In this document: positions 1-9,275 of the stretch, piece after piece
How positions within the stretch are numbered: position 1 is the first letter of the stretch
Layout: each line of letters opens with the position of its first letter
DNA from: Candidatus Cloacimonadales bacterium
GTDB taxonomy: Bacteria; Cloacimonadota; Cloacimonadia; Cloacimonadales; JAFGVF01
Assembly: GCA_963662585.1 (NCBI GenBank)
Contig: OY759729.1
Coordinates: 480,001 to 544,000, forward strand
Length of the DNA stretch: 64,000 nucleotides
Reading direction: 5' to 3'
The notes under the pieces: generated by a model
The model's input: the letters and a program-made list of their open reading frames with translations, nothing else
Databases searched by the model: none
What the model was told of the DNA's origin: nothing
Program-made: the position numbers and the translations under genes

Positions 1-1
1 A

Positions 2-2494
2 CCTGTTAGAATGTCTAGATGGGTTAGAGAAAAATTCTTAGAAAAAGGATTTACTCAAGTTGACACAGTATTTTATCCTCCAACATACCCTGGAACACAA
101 GCAATTACCTCTTCAGTAACTAATGGTGCTCAGTATATATCTTACCGTGGCTGGGGTGATGCTAATGGTTGGCACTATCCTCATTTCCATATTGGTGATT
201 TAGCAGATACCAATAATATTAACAAACTCCCTATTGTTTATTCAATAGTATGTAACACAGGAGACTTTGCTAATTCTGTAAATCCAAGTTTTGGTGAATA
301 TTGGATGAGAATGGGTTCAATAGCTAACCCTAAGGGCTGTGTAGCTTTTGTAGGACCTTCAGATCTCCATACTAAAACTAAGTTTAATAATGCAATCTCA
401 ACTGGTATGTTCGCTAGTTTCTTGCAAGAAGATAACAGAATATTTGGTACAACAGTTCTAGATGGTAAAATTGAATTATATAATAACTATCCATTAGATA
501 GAGAAGATGGTGGTTATGTGCAATTCTATTTCCATGTCTATAATATGCTTAATGATCCTTCACTTAAGATGTGGGTTAAAATACCTCAAGCAATCAATGT
601 TAGCAATATTCCAAACTCTCTTGATAGAGGAAGTAGTTATCTTGAATTAGATCTTCCTGCTGGCTTAGAAGATGCTATTGTTACAACTACTAAAGATGAA
701 ATTAATTACGAATTTGTAAGAGTTATCAATGGTACAGCAATTGTTCCTATCAATACAGAAATTGAAGGTGATGAAGTTAAATTAACTATTACTAAAGAAA
801 ACTATAAGCCTTTCACTGCTGATATTCCTGTTAATAGTAATAACAATATTGCTATTATAGGTTCAGAATTAGGTGGTATTCTCCAACCTGGAATTAGCAC
901 AAGTCTCACTCTTGAATTGAAGAACTATGGTAATGAATACAACAATGTTATTGCTAACCTTAGCAGTGTCAATCCTAATGTAGCTATTATGGAAAGCTCG
1001 CTGACTATCGGTAATATGAGTGCAGGTGGAACAGCAACAGTTACTTTTGAAATTGCTATTACTTCTGAGGCAGAATTTGCAGAAGTAGTAGAATTTGAAC
1101 TTTCATTAACACCTTCAGGTAATACTGAAAAGTTTACTAAAACTCTAGGTGGTGGCTTCCCAAGTTATCTTCAACATTCTGGAGAAATGCTTGTTGGCGA
1201 TTCAAACCAGTTACAAGTTACTTTCAGAAATATTGGTAATGTAAATTTAGCTTCTGGTAATGTTAGAGTAAGAGCTCTTCATTCTGCAGTAGTTAATAGT
1301 GATATTAATGTGGAATATAACTCTGCTCTTATCAATAATACAACGATTGTTACTTTCTCTCCTGAAATTGACGCTACTGCAACTCCAGGAACTCATGTTC
1401 CATTTAGATTTGACTTCTCAGAAGCTCTTTCAGCTTATACTGTTACTCAGTATGTTATCATCCCGATTAGTGGTGTAACAGATTCTCACCCTACTGGTCC
1501 TGATGCTCACGGTTATTATGTTTATGGCAGTAATGATACAAGTTATTCCTCTGCCCCAGCATATAACTGGATGGATATAGATCCAAGTGAAGGTGGAGCT
1601 GGTACGGTTCGTATCGTAGCTGATGATGAATCCTTCGTAACAGATTTACCTTTCGCCTTCAGATATTATGGCCAAGACTTTAATGAAGTCACTATCTGTT
1701 CGAATGGTTGGATGAGCTTTGGCTCAACTTGGTATGTTAACTTTACTAATTCAGCTATTCCATCAGCTTTAGGTCCTAAAAATCAACTTTGTCCAAACTG
1801 GGATGACTTGAAAGGACTTCAAACTGAACAAAATGTTTTTGCTGATATGAGAGTTAGTACTTATCATGATGAAGCAAATAACAGATTCATAATTGAGTGG
1901 AATGATACTTATTCCCAATCAACTATTGATGAATATGAAGATGCTGACTTGCAGAAGTTCCAAGTTATCTTAGAACCTATGCCTGATGAAGATGGTGATA
2001 TTATTTTCCAATATCATACTTTCTCTAATCCTTCAATTGTTAGTAATTACACAACAATAGGTATTATGAATGGAGAAAGAAACGATGGTATTCAGTACTC
2101 TTTTGCAGATTTATACCCTGAATCAGCTCATGCAGTTGAGAGTGAATTCGCTATTAGATTCACTAAAACTCCTCCTGATAGTTTTGTTAGTAACGATGAT
2201 AGTGTTCAAGTACCTCAATCTTACCTAAGACAAAATTATCCAAACCCATTTAATCCAGAAACAACTATTACTTTTGCTCTTAAAACTAAAAGTACTAATT
2301 TTGAGCTATCTGTCTATAATGTCAAAGGTCAGTTGGTTAAAACTCTTGTTAATGGAACAGTGGAAGCAGGTGTTCATTCAGTTGTCTGGAATGGTACTAA
2401 TAACCAAGATCATACTGTCGCAAGTGGCGTTTATTACTATAAATTAAAATCTGAGAATCAAAGCTTAACCAAGAAAATGATTCTGATGAAATAG
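2..2494 (+). CDS. Gingipain-like C25 family protein with C-terminal FlgD-Ig/T9SS-like sorting domain (5' partial)
   Basis: Frame is open to the window edge. C25-like motifs SYRGWG, SIVCNTGDF and FGEYW; GPDAHGY and LPFAFRYYG domain; C-terminal QNYPNPFNPETTI...KKMILMK. Confidence 0.85.
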   Translation, partial: PVRMSRWVREKFLEKGFTQVDTVFYPPTYPGTQAITSSVTNGAQYISYRGWGDANGWHYPHFHIGDLADTNNINKLPIVYSIVCNTGDFANSVNPSFGEYWMRMGSIANPKGCVAFVGPSDLHTKTKFNNAISTGMFASFLQEDNRIFGTTVLDGKIELYNNYPLDREDGGYVQFYFHVYNMLNDPSLKMWVKIPQAINVSNIPNSLDRGSSYLELDLPAGLEDAIVTTTKDEINYEFVRVINGTAIVPINTEIEGDEVKLTITKENYKPFTADIPVNSNNNIAIIGSELGGILQPGISTSLTLELKNYGNEYNNVIANLSSVNPNVAIMESSLTIGNMSAGGTATVTFEIAITSEAEFAEVVEFELSLTPSGNTEKFTKTLGGGFPSYLQHSGEMLVGDSNQLQVTFRNIGNVNLASGNVRVRALHSAVVNSDINVEYNSALINNTTIVTFSPEIDATATPGTHVPFRFDFSEALSAYTVTQYVIIPISGVTDSHPTGPDAHGYYVYGSNDTSYSSAPAYNWMDIDPSEGGAGTVRIVADDESFVTDLPFAFRYYGQDFNEVTICSNGWMSFGSTWYVNFTNSAIPSALGPKNQLCPNWDDLKGLQTEQNVFADMRVSTYHDEANNRFIIEWNDTYSQSTIDEYEDADLQKFQVILEPMPDEDGDIIFQYHTFSNPSIVSNYTTIGIMNGERNDGIQYSFADLYPESAHAVESEFAIRFTKTPPDSFVSNDDSVQVPQSYLRQNYPNPFNPETTITFALKTKSTNFELSVYNVKGQLVKTLVNGTVEAGVHSVVWNGTNNQDHTVASGVYYYKLKSENQSLTKKMILMK

Positions 2495-2497
2495 AAA

Positions 2498-2577
2498 ACT
2501 GGGAGTACCCACTGGGAGCGCCTTCATCTTGAAGGCATCTTAACTGGGAACGCTTGCATCCTTGCAGGCACTTCCAT
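2498..2577 (+). repeat. Tandem REP-like hairpins with ACTGGGA leader
   Basis: ACTGGGAGC-GCCTTCA tct TGAAGGC and ACTGGGAAC-GCTTGCA tcct TGCAGGC; same leader at 3010, 3116 (minus) and 30154 (minus). Confidence 0.75.
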
Positions 2578-2591
2578 AAATAAAAATATAT

Positions 2592-2620
2592 AAGCCTCGC
2601 TAAATGCGGGGCTTTTGTTT
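2592..2620 (+). terminator. Rho-independent terminator of the C25 gene
   Basis: AAGCCTCGC taaat GCGGGGCTT followed by TTGTTT. Confidence 0.75.
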
Positions 2621-2670
2621 ATTCAACTAAAGTATTATGATGGACCTTATTTTGTTATACAAATTTAATT

Positions 2671-2772
2671 AAACCCTTACAGGGTTACACGAATATTGGT
2701 TTGCCATACCCAGGGTCAATTTTTCTTCAAAAAATGAGACCCTGGGCTAATCTATTTAATCCCTTTCAGGGA
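2671..2772. repeat. Triple-palindrome element resembling an IS200/REP-type end
   Basis: AACCCTTACAGGGTT ... CCCAGGGTC/GACCCTGGG ... ATCCCCTTTCAGGGAT. Confidence 0.55.
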
Positions 2773-2988
2773 TATTTTCTAAATTCGCCTGGCTTGGCTC
2801 TGGAGATTCCTTTTAAATCCCCTTAATTCGTGTGAACATGTCCAGTCCTAAATAATTTGACCGATTTTTATAACAATTTTCTTATTGTTTCTTGCTTCTC
2901 CGCTAACGCTGAGAACCACTCTTGTGGGGTATAATTTCAAGGAGGTTACACCTCTAACTGACGAATACCATCCCGTTAGGATTTAAAT

Positions 2989-3118
2989 TATGGAGTGGAA
3001 GCACCCCTAACTGGGAACGCAGGCATCTTGCCTGCACCCAGCATGAAATGCTGGGTAATCTTAAGTAGTCCAGCACTTTGGTGCTGGACGCGGGCTGGAA
3101 TCCCGCATTCCCAGTTAA
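2989..3118. repeat. REP doublet; 2989-3076 recurs inverted at 30087-30174
   Basis: 88 bp matches the reverse complement of 30087-30174 with 4 mismatches by eye; two AACTGGGAA-led hairpins face each other. Confidence 0.85.
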
Positions 3119-3132
3119 GAAATTATCAATTC

Positions 3133-3903
3133 TTAGACAAACTGATCCCATACTACTTTTATCAAGAGCAAGATTAATACAAAAATAAAAACAGGTTTAA
3201 TGAAGTTATTCCCTTTTTTGATAACCAGGTGTGAGCCAACTAGATTGCCAAGAATCCCGCATATTGCAGCCGGTATGGCAATTTCATAATTAACTTTACC
3301 ACTAGCAATAAAAGTTACTACAGCTGCAAGATTAGAAGCTAAATTCACAACTTTAGCATTAGCATTAGCCACCACAAAATCGTAACTAAGAACAGAGGTA
3401 TAGATTAAAATAAGGAAAGCTCCTGTGCCAGGACCAAAGAAACCATCGTAGAAGCCAATACCTAATCCTGCGATTACAGCAGTGATAAGTTTCTTTTTCA
3501 GGCTTACTGTATGAGAGTTATTTACTTTCCCTAATTTCTTGTTAAAAATAAGGACTATAGCGATAACAGGTAAGGCAATAATCAGCAAGAGATTAAGAAA
3601 ATTTGGTGATAAGTAAAGAACTGTTTTTGTTCCTAAGAAAGAGCCAATCAGGGCAAAGATAGCACTGAACAAGGCAACTTTAGTATCGATAAGATTATTA
3701 CGGAAAAATTTAATTGTCGTAAAAATAGTTCCGTTTGCTGAGGAGAACTTATTGTTTCCTAAAGCAAAATGAGGGGGGAGTCCTGCTGCAAGATAAGCTG
3801 GTATAGAGATTAATCCTCCACCACCTGCCATTGAGTCGATTAATCCTGCTAAAAAGATTGCAGGAAGGATAATAAACATTCCATAGGGTTGTAACATTTC
3901 CAT
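3133..3903 (-). CDS. TSUP (TauE/SafE) family transporter
   Basis: AGLIDSMAGGGGLI and GFYDGFFGPGTG motifs; multiple TM helices. Confidence 0.9.
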   Translation of the reverse strand: MEMLQPYGMFIILPAIFLAGLIDSMAGGGGLISIPAYLAAGLPPHFALGNNKFSSANGTIFTTIKFFRNNLIDTKVALFSAIFALIGSFLGTKTVLYLSPNFLNLLLIIALPVIAIVLIFNKKLGKVNNSHTVSLKKKLITAVIAGLGIGFYDGFFGPGTGAFLILIYTSVLSYDFVVANANAKVVNLASNLAAVVTFIASGKVNYEIAIPAAICGILGNLVGSHLVIKKGNNFIKPVFIFVLILLLIKVVWDQFV

Positions 3904-3905
3904 GA

Positions 3906-6900
3906 TTAGAATTCTGCCTTAATTTCGATATTTAGATTGTTTTCTATATTATCATCCGGATATTTGTTTCCGAAGTAGGATAGATTAATTGTAATAAATT
4001 GATTATAGGAATATTTTGCTGAGATATTCCATTTAGTAGAAAAGCCTTCTCTCTTTTCAGGTAAAAATACTAAGTAAGTAGAGCCGTCTCGCATAGTATA
4101 AATAAGGTCATTATTAAATTGAATTAAGTACTTATTAGCAAAACTAGCTGTTAGGATATTATTCCAAGATGTTACAGTCAAATTATAGTCATCAGAATCT
4201 GAACTAGATTTACCTTCTTCTAGGTTTAGCTTTAGATTAGCATTATAAATATAATTTTGGAGGAAATTATTCTGATATTTAAGCGTTGTCGTATAATCAT
4301 TTATCTGAGAATCATAGCGTGTATCAGTCTCTTCTCTAAAGGTGAATTGAGCTCCAACATTACCATATCTTAATCTTCTAAGCATTAATTCATTATCTAT
4401 TACCCTAATCTTAGTTTTATTAACATCTTGATAACGATTATCTAAAACTTTATCCCATTCCAAGGAGAACTTGTAGTTAAATTTCCGATTATCAGAATTA
4501 AAATTAAGGCTAGTTTGTGTATTATTTCTTCCGTAAAGAGTAGTTTCAGGATTCATAAGAACTTGAGGATTTAAGAAATATAACTTTAATTTTTCACTTG
4601 TTTTAGAATTTTCAGAAAGCAAGGTTCTAACCTCTGCTGAAAGGTTTTTCCAGAAGAAAGTATCAGTGAAGCGACTTAGTCTTAAAAAGCTATTCGCTCC
4701 TAAATTTAATTCTGTGGAGAGTTCAGGTTGACCAGAATTAACATAAAGCCAGTCATAATCTCCATCATCTTGATAGACTCCCAAGGAGTCATAATCTCCT
4801 GCTCCTTGGCCAATGAATTGGAGTTCGCGTATTTTAGGATAAAACTCTAAATTATTAATCTTGTAGTTATAACTAAAATCCCAGCCATTATCAAACATGG
4901 AGTGAGTAGAATTTATCCTAATCATATTGAAAGTATTATCTTCTTCTGTCTCTTGATAACTATCAACTTTTCTATAGGTATATTCTATATTGGAGTTATG
5001 ATTATCAAAACTTAATAGCAAGTCACTTGAAGAAGTCTGAGATTTACTTTGCTTTTTCCACACTTCTTCTACTAAGTTTCTTTTGTTATCATGCCAATAA
5101 GAAGTTGAAATATGAAGATTAGTTAAATCATAACTACTTAGAGAATAGTTATATTTCTCATATTTATAACCAAATTTTTGTTCTTCTGTAAGTTTATCTT
5201 CACTCCTTTCTTTAATAAGTTCAAATTTCCCACCAATAAAAGCAATTCTCTTCCCTATTTCGAAATAGTGATTAGTATAGGAGTAACTATCTTGAATTTC
5301 AAGATCATAGTCTATTTCTCTACTTGTAAATTGATAGCCAAGCTTAGGAATATAGCTTTGTTCATCAAGAAAGAAATTAAATGTTAATAAGTCACTTTCT
5401 AACAGACTAGGAAACTTTTGCTCTTTAAAGAGAAAGGAAAGTCTAAAATAACTTTTTAGGTCAAAATCACTAGCTATCTTGATACTTTGTGATTTAAGAG
5501 AATCATATTTGGTCGCTACTCCCCCATAGCTTAATTCTAAAGGATTTTCCAGATCAGCGAATGATGTCAAATGTTTTGTTTTCTTCTCATAAGATAATTT
5601 ATTATTGCTTTCCCAGATATCATTATCATGATTAAAATTAAGAGAAGCTTGAGAGATAAATCCCTGATTATCAGAATCTTGTTTAGAAGATAGAGTATTT
5701 CGATCATAGTCAGAGAGAAGTGTTTCCAATTCTAAGTAGATAGATTCTAAACCAAATCTAAGAATCATATCATAATTACTTAGACTTTGGGGAGGAGTTA
5801 GCTTTCTAATGGGTTCATAATCACCATTACCTGCACCTAGGAACTCATATCTATTAGGAGAATATTCATAATAACTTCCTTCACCTACTCCGACATAAGA
5901 GAAATAAATATTGTAATTCCCTGTTGAGCCTAAACCCACATAGGTGTAAATCAACTCTCCTTCAGAATTAATTTCGGCTATATAATTACCTTCCCCACTT
6001 TCTACTTCATAAATACCATTAGCATAAACAACACTATCACCGGCTTCAGCAAAAGCTGTTAAATCTTCATCAGTATGGATATCTTCTAAGGGATTAGAAC
6101 TATCATCACCACGATGAATAACATTCACTCCTATGTTTAAGAAATCTGTTATTTTATAGTTAGTAGAAGCCAAATAAATATTGTTTCTGTATTTTTCATC
6201 ACTATACTCAAAAGTAATATAGATTTCTGTTTCAGAAGTTACCAGATTCTCGAAAGTAAGACTTCCTTCACTATAATCAATAAAGTAATCTATTCCTCTT
6301 GTTACCTTTACACCGTCAATATACACTATTTCAGAATTAGCAATGATGCTTACATATTGATTTGAATCTGATATATAGATATAATAAGGACCTTGCTTAC
6401 CTTCAATACAAGTGAATTTATAAGAACTATTCTTGCCTTGAGAAACTGCTAAAGCTCCCCAAAAGTCATTTTGAATATCAAAATTACCAGTATAAACATT
6501 CGTCTTATCCTGATAAAGTCCTAACTTTAAACCATCAAATTGGGATAGGTAGTTAATATAAGAAGTATTTGTAATTTCGTGGGTTAAATCTCCAAAAGAT
6601 AGTTCAAAATTATTGTTGAAGAGGGAAATAAAAACTCGATCTAAAGAACTTAACTCTCTTGAACTTCCTTCCACAGAAATAGGAGAGTTACTATCTGATA
6701 ACTGGGCTTCAACATACAGATTAGAGGCAATTTCACCTGAAAGTTTTAAATAAAGGGATTGATTAATATCAAAATCTTTTTTATCAGAGAAGGAGATTGC
6801 AAATGTTTTTGAACCATTGATTAGGAGCTTATTATTATCAAAGAATAAGTTTTTATTCTCTCTCTTTTTTACTATGTAAGTGGAATCTGCACTTAACTCT

Positions 6901-7214
6901 ATCTTATAGAGAAAAAGGGGTTCTAAAAATTCTTGGGGAATAACTTTGTATTCTATTTTAAGTTGTTGCTGGCTTTTGATTGATTCAGTTAGAGGATTTA
7001 CTATTCCGGTTTTATAATCTATTTCATAATCTTCTCCACGAATAAAGGATAAAGAATCAGCTGTAATTTTCTCTGAGTAGTGAATTAAGTTAGTGTTGGA
7101 AAGATTTATGGGAGGAAATTGAGGTGATATATATTCAGTAAAGCAGTAATTTACTTCTTTTCCTTCAAGGAGAAACAGCGCTAATAAGAAGAGAATTATC
7201 AGACATTTTTTCAT
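3906..7214 (-). CDS. Large secreted, probably outer-membrane beta-barrel protein with two SprA-like RGxDYxIDYxxG motifs
   Basis: Signal peptide, 1102 aa, amphipathic strands, terminal Phe (IKAEF); motifs IRGEDYEIDYKTG and TRGIDYFIDYSEG. Confidence 0.6.
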   Translation of the reverse strand: MKKCLIILFLLALFLLEGKEVNYCFTEYISPQFPPINLSNTNLIHYSEKITADSLSFIRGEDYEIDYKTGIVNPLTESIKSQQQLKIEYKVIPQEFLEPLFLYKIELSADSTYIVKKRENKNLFFDNNKLLINGSKTFAISFSDKKDFDINQSLYLKLSGEIASNLYVEAQLSDSNSPISVEGSSRELSSLDRVFISLFNNNFELSFGDLTHEITNTSYINYLSQFDGLKLGLYQDKTNVYTGNFDIQNDFWGALAVSQGKNSSYKFTCIEGKQGPYYIYISDSNQYVSIIANSEIVYIDGVKVTRGIDYFIDYSEGSLTFENLVTSETEIYITFEYSDEKYRNNIYLASTNYKITDFLNIGVNVIHRGDDSSNPLEDIHTDEDLTAFAEAGDSVVYANGIYEVESGEGNYIAEINSEGELIYTYVGLGSTGNYNIYFSYVGVGEGSYYEYSPNRYEFLGAGNGDYEPIRKLTPPQSLSNYDMILRFGLESIYLELETLLSDYDRNTLSSKQDSDNQGFISQASLNFNHDNDIWESNNKLSYEKKTKHLTSFADLENPLELSYGGVATKYDSLKSQSIKIASDFDLKSYFRLSFLFKEQKFPSLLESDLLTFNFFLDEQSYIPKLGYQFTSREIDYDLEIQDSYSYTNHYFEIGKRIAFIGGKFELIKERSEDKLTEEQKFGYKYEKYNYSLSSYDLTNLHISTSYWHDNKRNLVEEVWKKQSKSQTSSSDLLLSFDNHNSNIEYTYRKVDSYQETEEDNTFNMIRINSTHSMFDNGWDFSYNYKINNLEFYPKIRELQFIGQGAGDYDSLGVYQDDGDYDWLYVNSGQPELSTELNLGANSFLRLSRFTDTFFWKNLSAEVRTLLSENSKTSEKLKLYFLNPQVLMNPETTLYGRNNTQTSLNFNSDNRKFNYKFSLEWDKVLDNRYQDVNKTKIRVIDNELMLRRLRYGNVGAQFTFREETDTRYDSQINDYTTTLKYQNNFLQNYIYNANLKLNLEEGKSSSDSDDYNLTVTSWNNILTASFANKYLIQFNNDLIYTMRDGSTYLVFLPEKREGFSTKWNISAKYSYNQFITINLSYFGNKYPDDNIENNLNIEIKAEF

Positions 7215-7219
7215 CTATT

Positions 7220-7684
7220 TTAATAGAATTTAACTGAGTAATCAATAAGCTTTTTATTTTGATAAGTGAATTTTGCAGAGAAGAAGCTCTTTTCTAGCAT
7301 CCATTTTATAAAGTATTTATCTCCTTCCCACAAGTTTAAATCTAACAATTTATCTGTAGCTACCCACTCTAATTTACCTTCTGGTGAGTCTATTAAATCC
7401 CCAGTAAATTCAGAAGCTTGGTAAAGAAAGACTTGCCAATCATTAATCCCATCAAACAATGGGAAAGTTAGTAAACCAGCTAATCTATAGGAAGTTAATG
7501 TTAAACCGCTCTCCTCTTTAATCTCCCTAATCAAGCACTCTTCAGGAGATTCTCCACTTTCTACTTTCCCTCCTAGACCATTCCACTTGTCTTGATGAAT
7601 ATCATTCTCTTTTTTTACTCTGTGCAACATCAAAGTATGCTCATCTTGTTGGATATAACAAAGGGTAGCATTAATTATTTTCAT
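7220..7684 (-). CDS. Nudix hydrolase, 8-oxo-dGTP diphosphatase (MutT/MutX-like)
   Basis: Nudix box GGKVESGESPEECLIREIKEESG; LNLWEGD. Confidence 0.9.
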   Translation of the reverse strand: MKIINATLCYIQQDEHTLMLHRVKKENDIHQDKWNGLGGKVESGESPEECLIREIKEESGLTLTSYRLAGLLTFPLFDGINDWQVFLYQASEFTGDLIDSPEGKLEWVATDKLLDLNLWEGDKYFIKWMLEKSFFSAKFTYQNKKLIDYSVKFY

Positions 7685-8898
7685 AGGAAAAGTAGTTGTT
7701 TTATACTCTTTTTGATGACTTCTAATTCATCGATAATTGAATCTAAAGCTACATGATAACTATGGAGTTTCTGAATGTTAAACATCTCAACTTTCCCATT
7801 ATAAAGTGACTCATTATCAATATAAATCAGAACAGAGCAATTAGCATTTTTAGCTAATTCTAATGCTTCTCTGCTATCAGAATTTACTAAACCCTGAATT
7901 GTATAGATCATCTTTTTGTGAAGTTCTTGTAAGATCTGCATCTCATTGAGAAGAAGGTCTTCAGTTTCGGAGCAGATAAAAACTCTGAATTCAAAATTAT
8001 TTTCTGGGAATAGATGGCTTTTCTTGATTAAATCATAAATGACATCTAGGTTAAGATCAAAACCTATAGAAGGAATCTCTTTTCCTGTAACGAAATGAGT
8101 TAAATGGTCATATCTTCCACCTCCACCAACCAAGATATCTTCATCACCTTGTTTTACATAGAGATTAAAGACCATACCATTATAGTAATTATAGGTTCGT
8201 TTTAGTTGAGGATTATAGTTATATTTTATCATTAAGTTTGATAAGAAATGTCTAATTTTATGCAATCTTTCCTGACAAACATCACAATAATCTGCGTTTG
8301 AAAGAGAATCTTGATAATAGTTAGAAGGTAATTTAACCTTAACTTTTTCTTTGGTTGAATCTCCCTGCCATTTATTTTTCATTGCTTCAGGAAGGTTTAA
8401 AGTACATTTTTCACAACCATAAGAGTTAATTTCGACTAAAGTGGTCTTAAAGCCAAAAGTATTAAGAAGTTTTAGGGCAGTATCTATTACAGTAATATCA
8501 GAAACAATTGTAGTATCGCCATAGATTTCGGCACCAAGTCTATAAGTTTCTTGAACTTCATCATTTATAAGCCTAATCATATTCCCCATATAAAAATATT
8601 TTAATACTTTATTATGATCATAATCCTTGAGGAAGTTTGAAAGTATGCTGATAGTTCCTTCTGGACGAATACTTAAATTTATCTTTGAAGAGAGATTTAC
8701 AACTATGTTTTGAAGTTCTTTTTCATCTTTATGAGAGAAAAACTCTTTTTGTAAACAGTTATTTAGTACTTCTCCATCTTGTAGAAATGATAATCTAATT
8801 TCTTCAAAATCATGTAATCTCATAACATCATAGATTAATTGCTCAACATTTCTCCAATTCTGGGTATCTGCACTGGTAATATTCTTTAATATCATCAA
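7681..8898 (-). CDS. Divergent histidyl-tRNA synthetase paralog (HisS/HisZ-like)
   Basis: IRPEGT, GAEIYG, GGGGRYD and IPSIGF motifs plus C-terminal anticodon-binding-like domain; motif 2 and His-binding loop are degenerate. Confidence 0.75.
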   Translation of the reverse strand: MMILKNITSADTQNWRNVEQLIYDVMRLHDFEEIRLSFLQDGEVLNNCLQKEFFSHKDEKELQNIVVNLSSKINLSIRPEGTISILSNFLKDYDHNKVLKYFYMGNMIRLINDEVQETYRLGAEIYGDTTIVSDITVIDTALKLLNTFGFKTTLVEINSYGCEKCTLNLPEAMKNKWQGDSTKEKVKVKLPSNYYQDSLSNADYCDVCQERLHKIRHFLSNLMIKYNYNPQLKRTYNYYNGMVFNLYVKQGDEDILVGGGGRYDHLTHFVTGKEIPSIGFDLNLDVIYDLIKKSHLFPENNFEFRVFICSETEDLLLNEMQILQELHKKMIYTIQGLVNSDSREALELAKNANCSVLIYIDNESLYNGKVEMFNIQKLHSYHVALDSIIDELEVIKKSIKQLLFL

Positions 8899-9275
8899 AT
8901 TACTCTTTTCTTATGGATATATATCCTGATAAATACAGAAATAAGAACTCCAATTAAAACCCCAAAATAATTTGCTAGAACATCATAAGCACTATAAGAT
9001 CTACTTGGAACTTTGATTTGAATTGCTTCATCAATAATAGGATAAAACTGAAGGGGAATATAGAACAATAACTTTTGAGTATAAGACCAGTTTGTATAAT
9101 GCAAGAAATTATATAGTATTACAGAAAAAAAGATGAATTTAATTGCATGTAATAATTTATCATGCCCAAAGATGTAATCGATAGGAATACTGTGTGATGG
9201 TAAAATACTAGTTATTATACTGGCGATAAACCATAATACCAATAATACTCCGAAAATATTTTTATATCTATTCAT
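8895..9275 (-). CDS. VanZ family membrane protein
   Basis: DKLLH, DEAIQIKVPSR and DVLANYFG motifs. Confidence 0.85.
   Translation of the reverse strand: MNRYKNIFGVLLVLWFIASIITSILPSHSIPIDYIFGHDKLLHAIKFIFFSVILYNFLHYTNWSYTQKLLFYIPLQFYPIIDEAIQIKVPSRSYSAYDVLANYFGVLIGVLISVFIRIYIHKKRVI

Noticed and set aside
2954..3177. ORFs 2954-3151 and 2995-3177
   Set aside because: They lie on a REP doublet, overlap the TSUP gene end and show no protein motifs.
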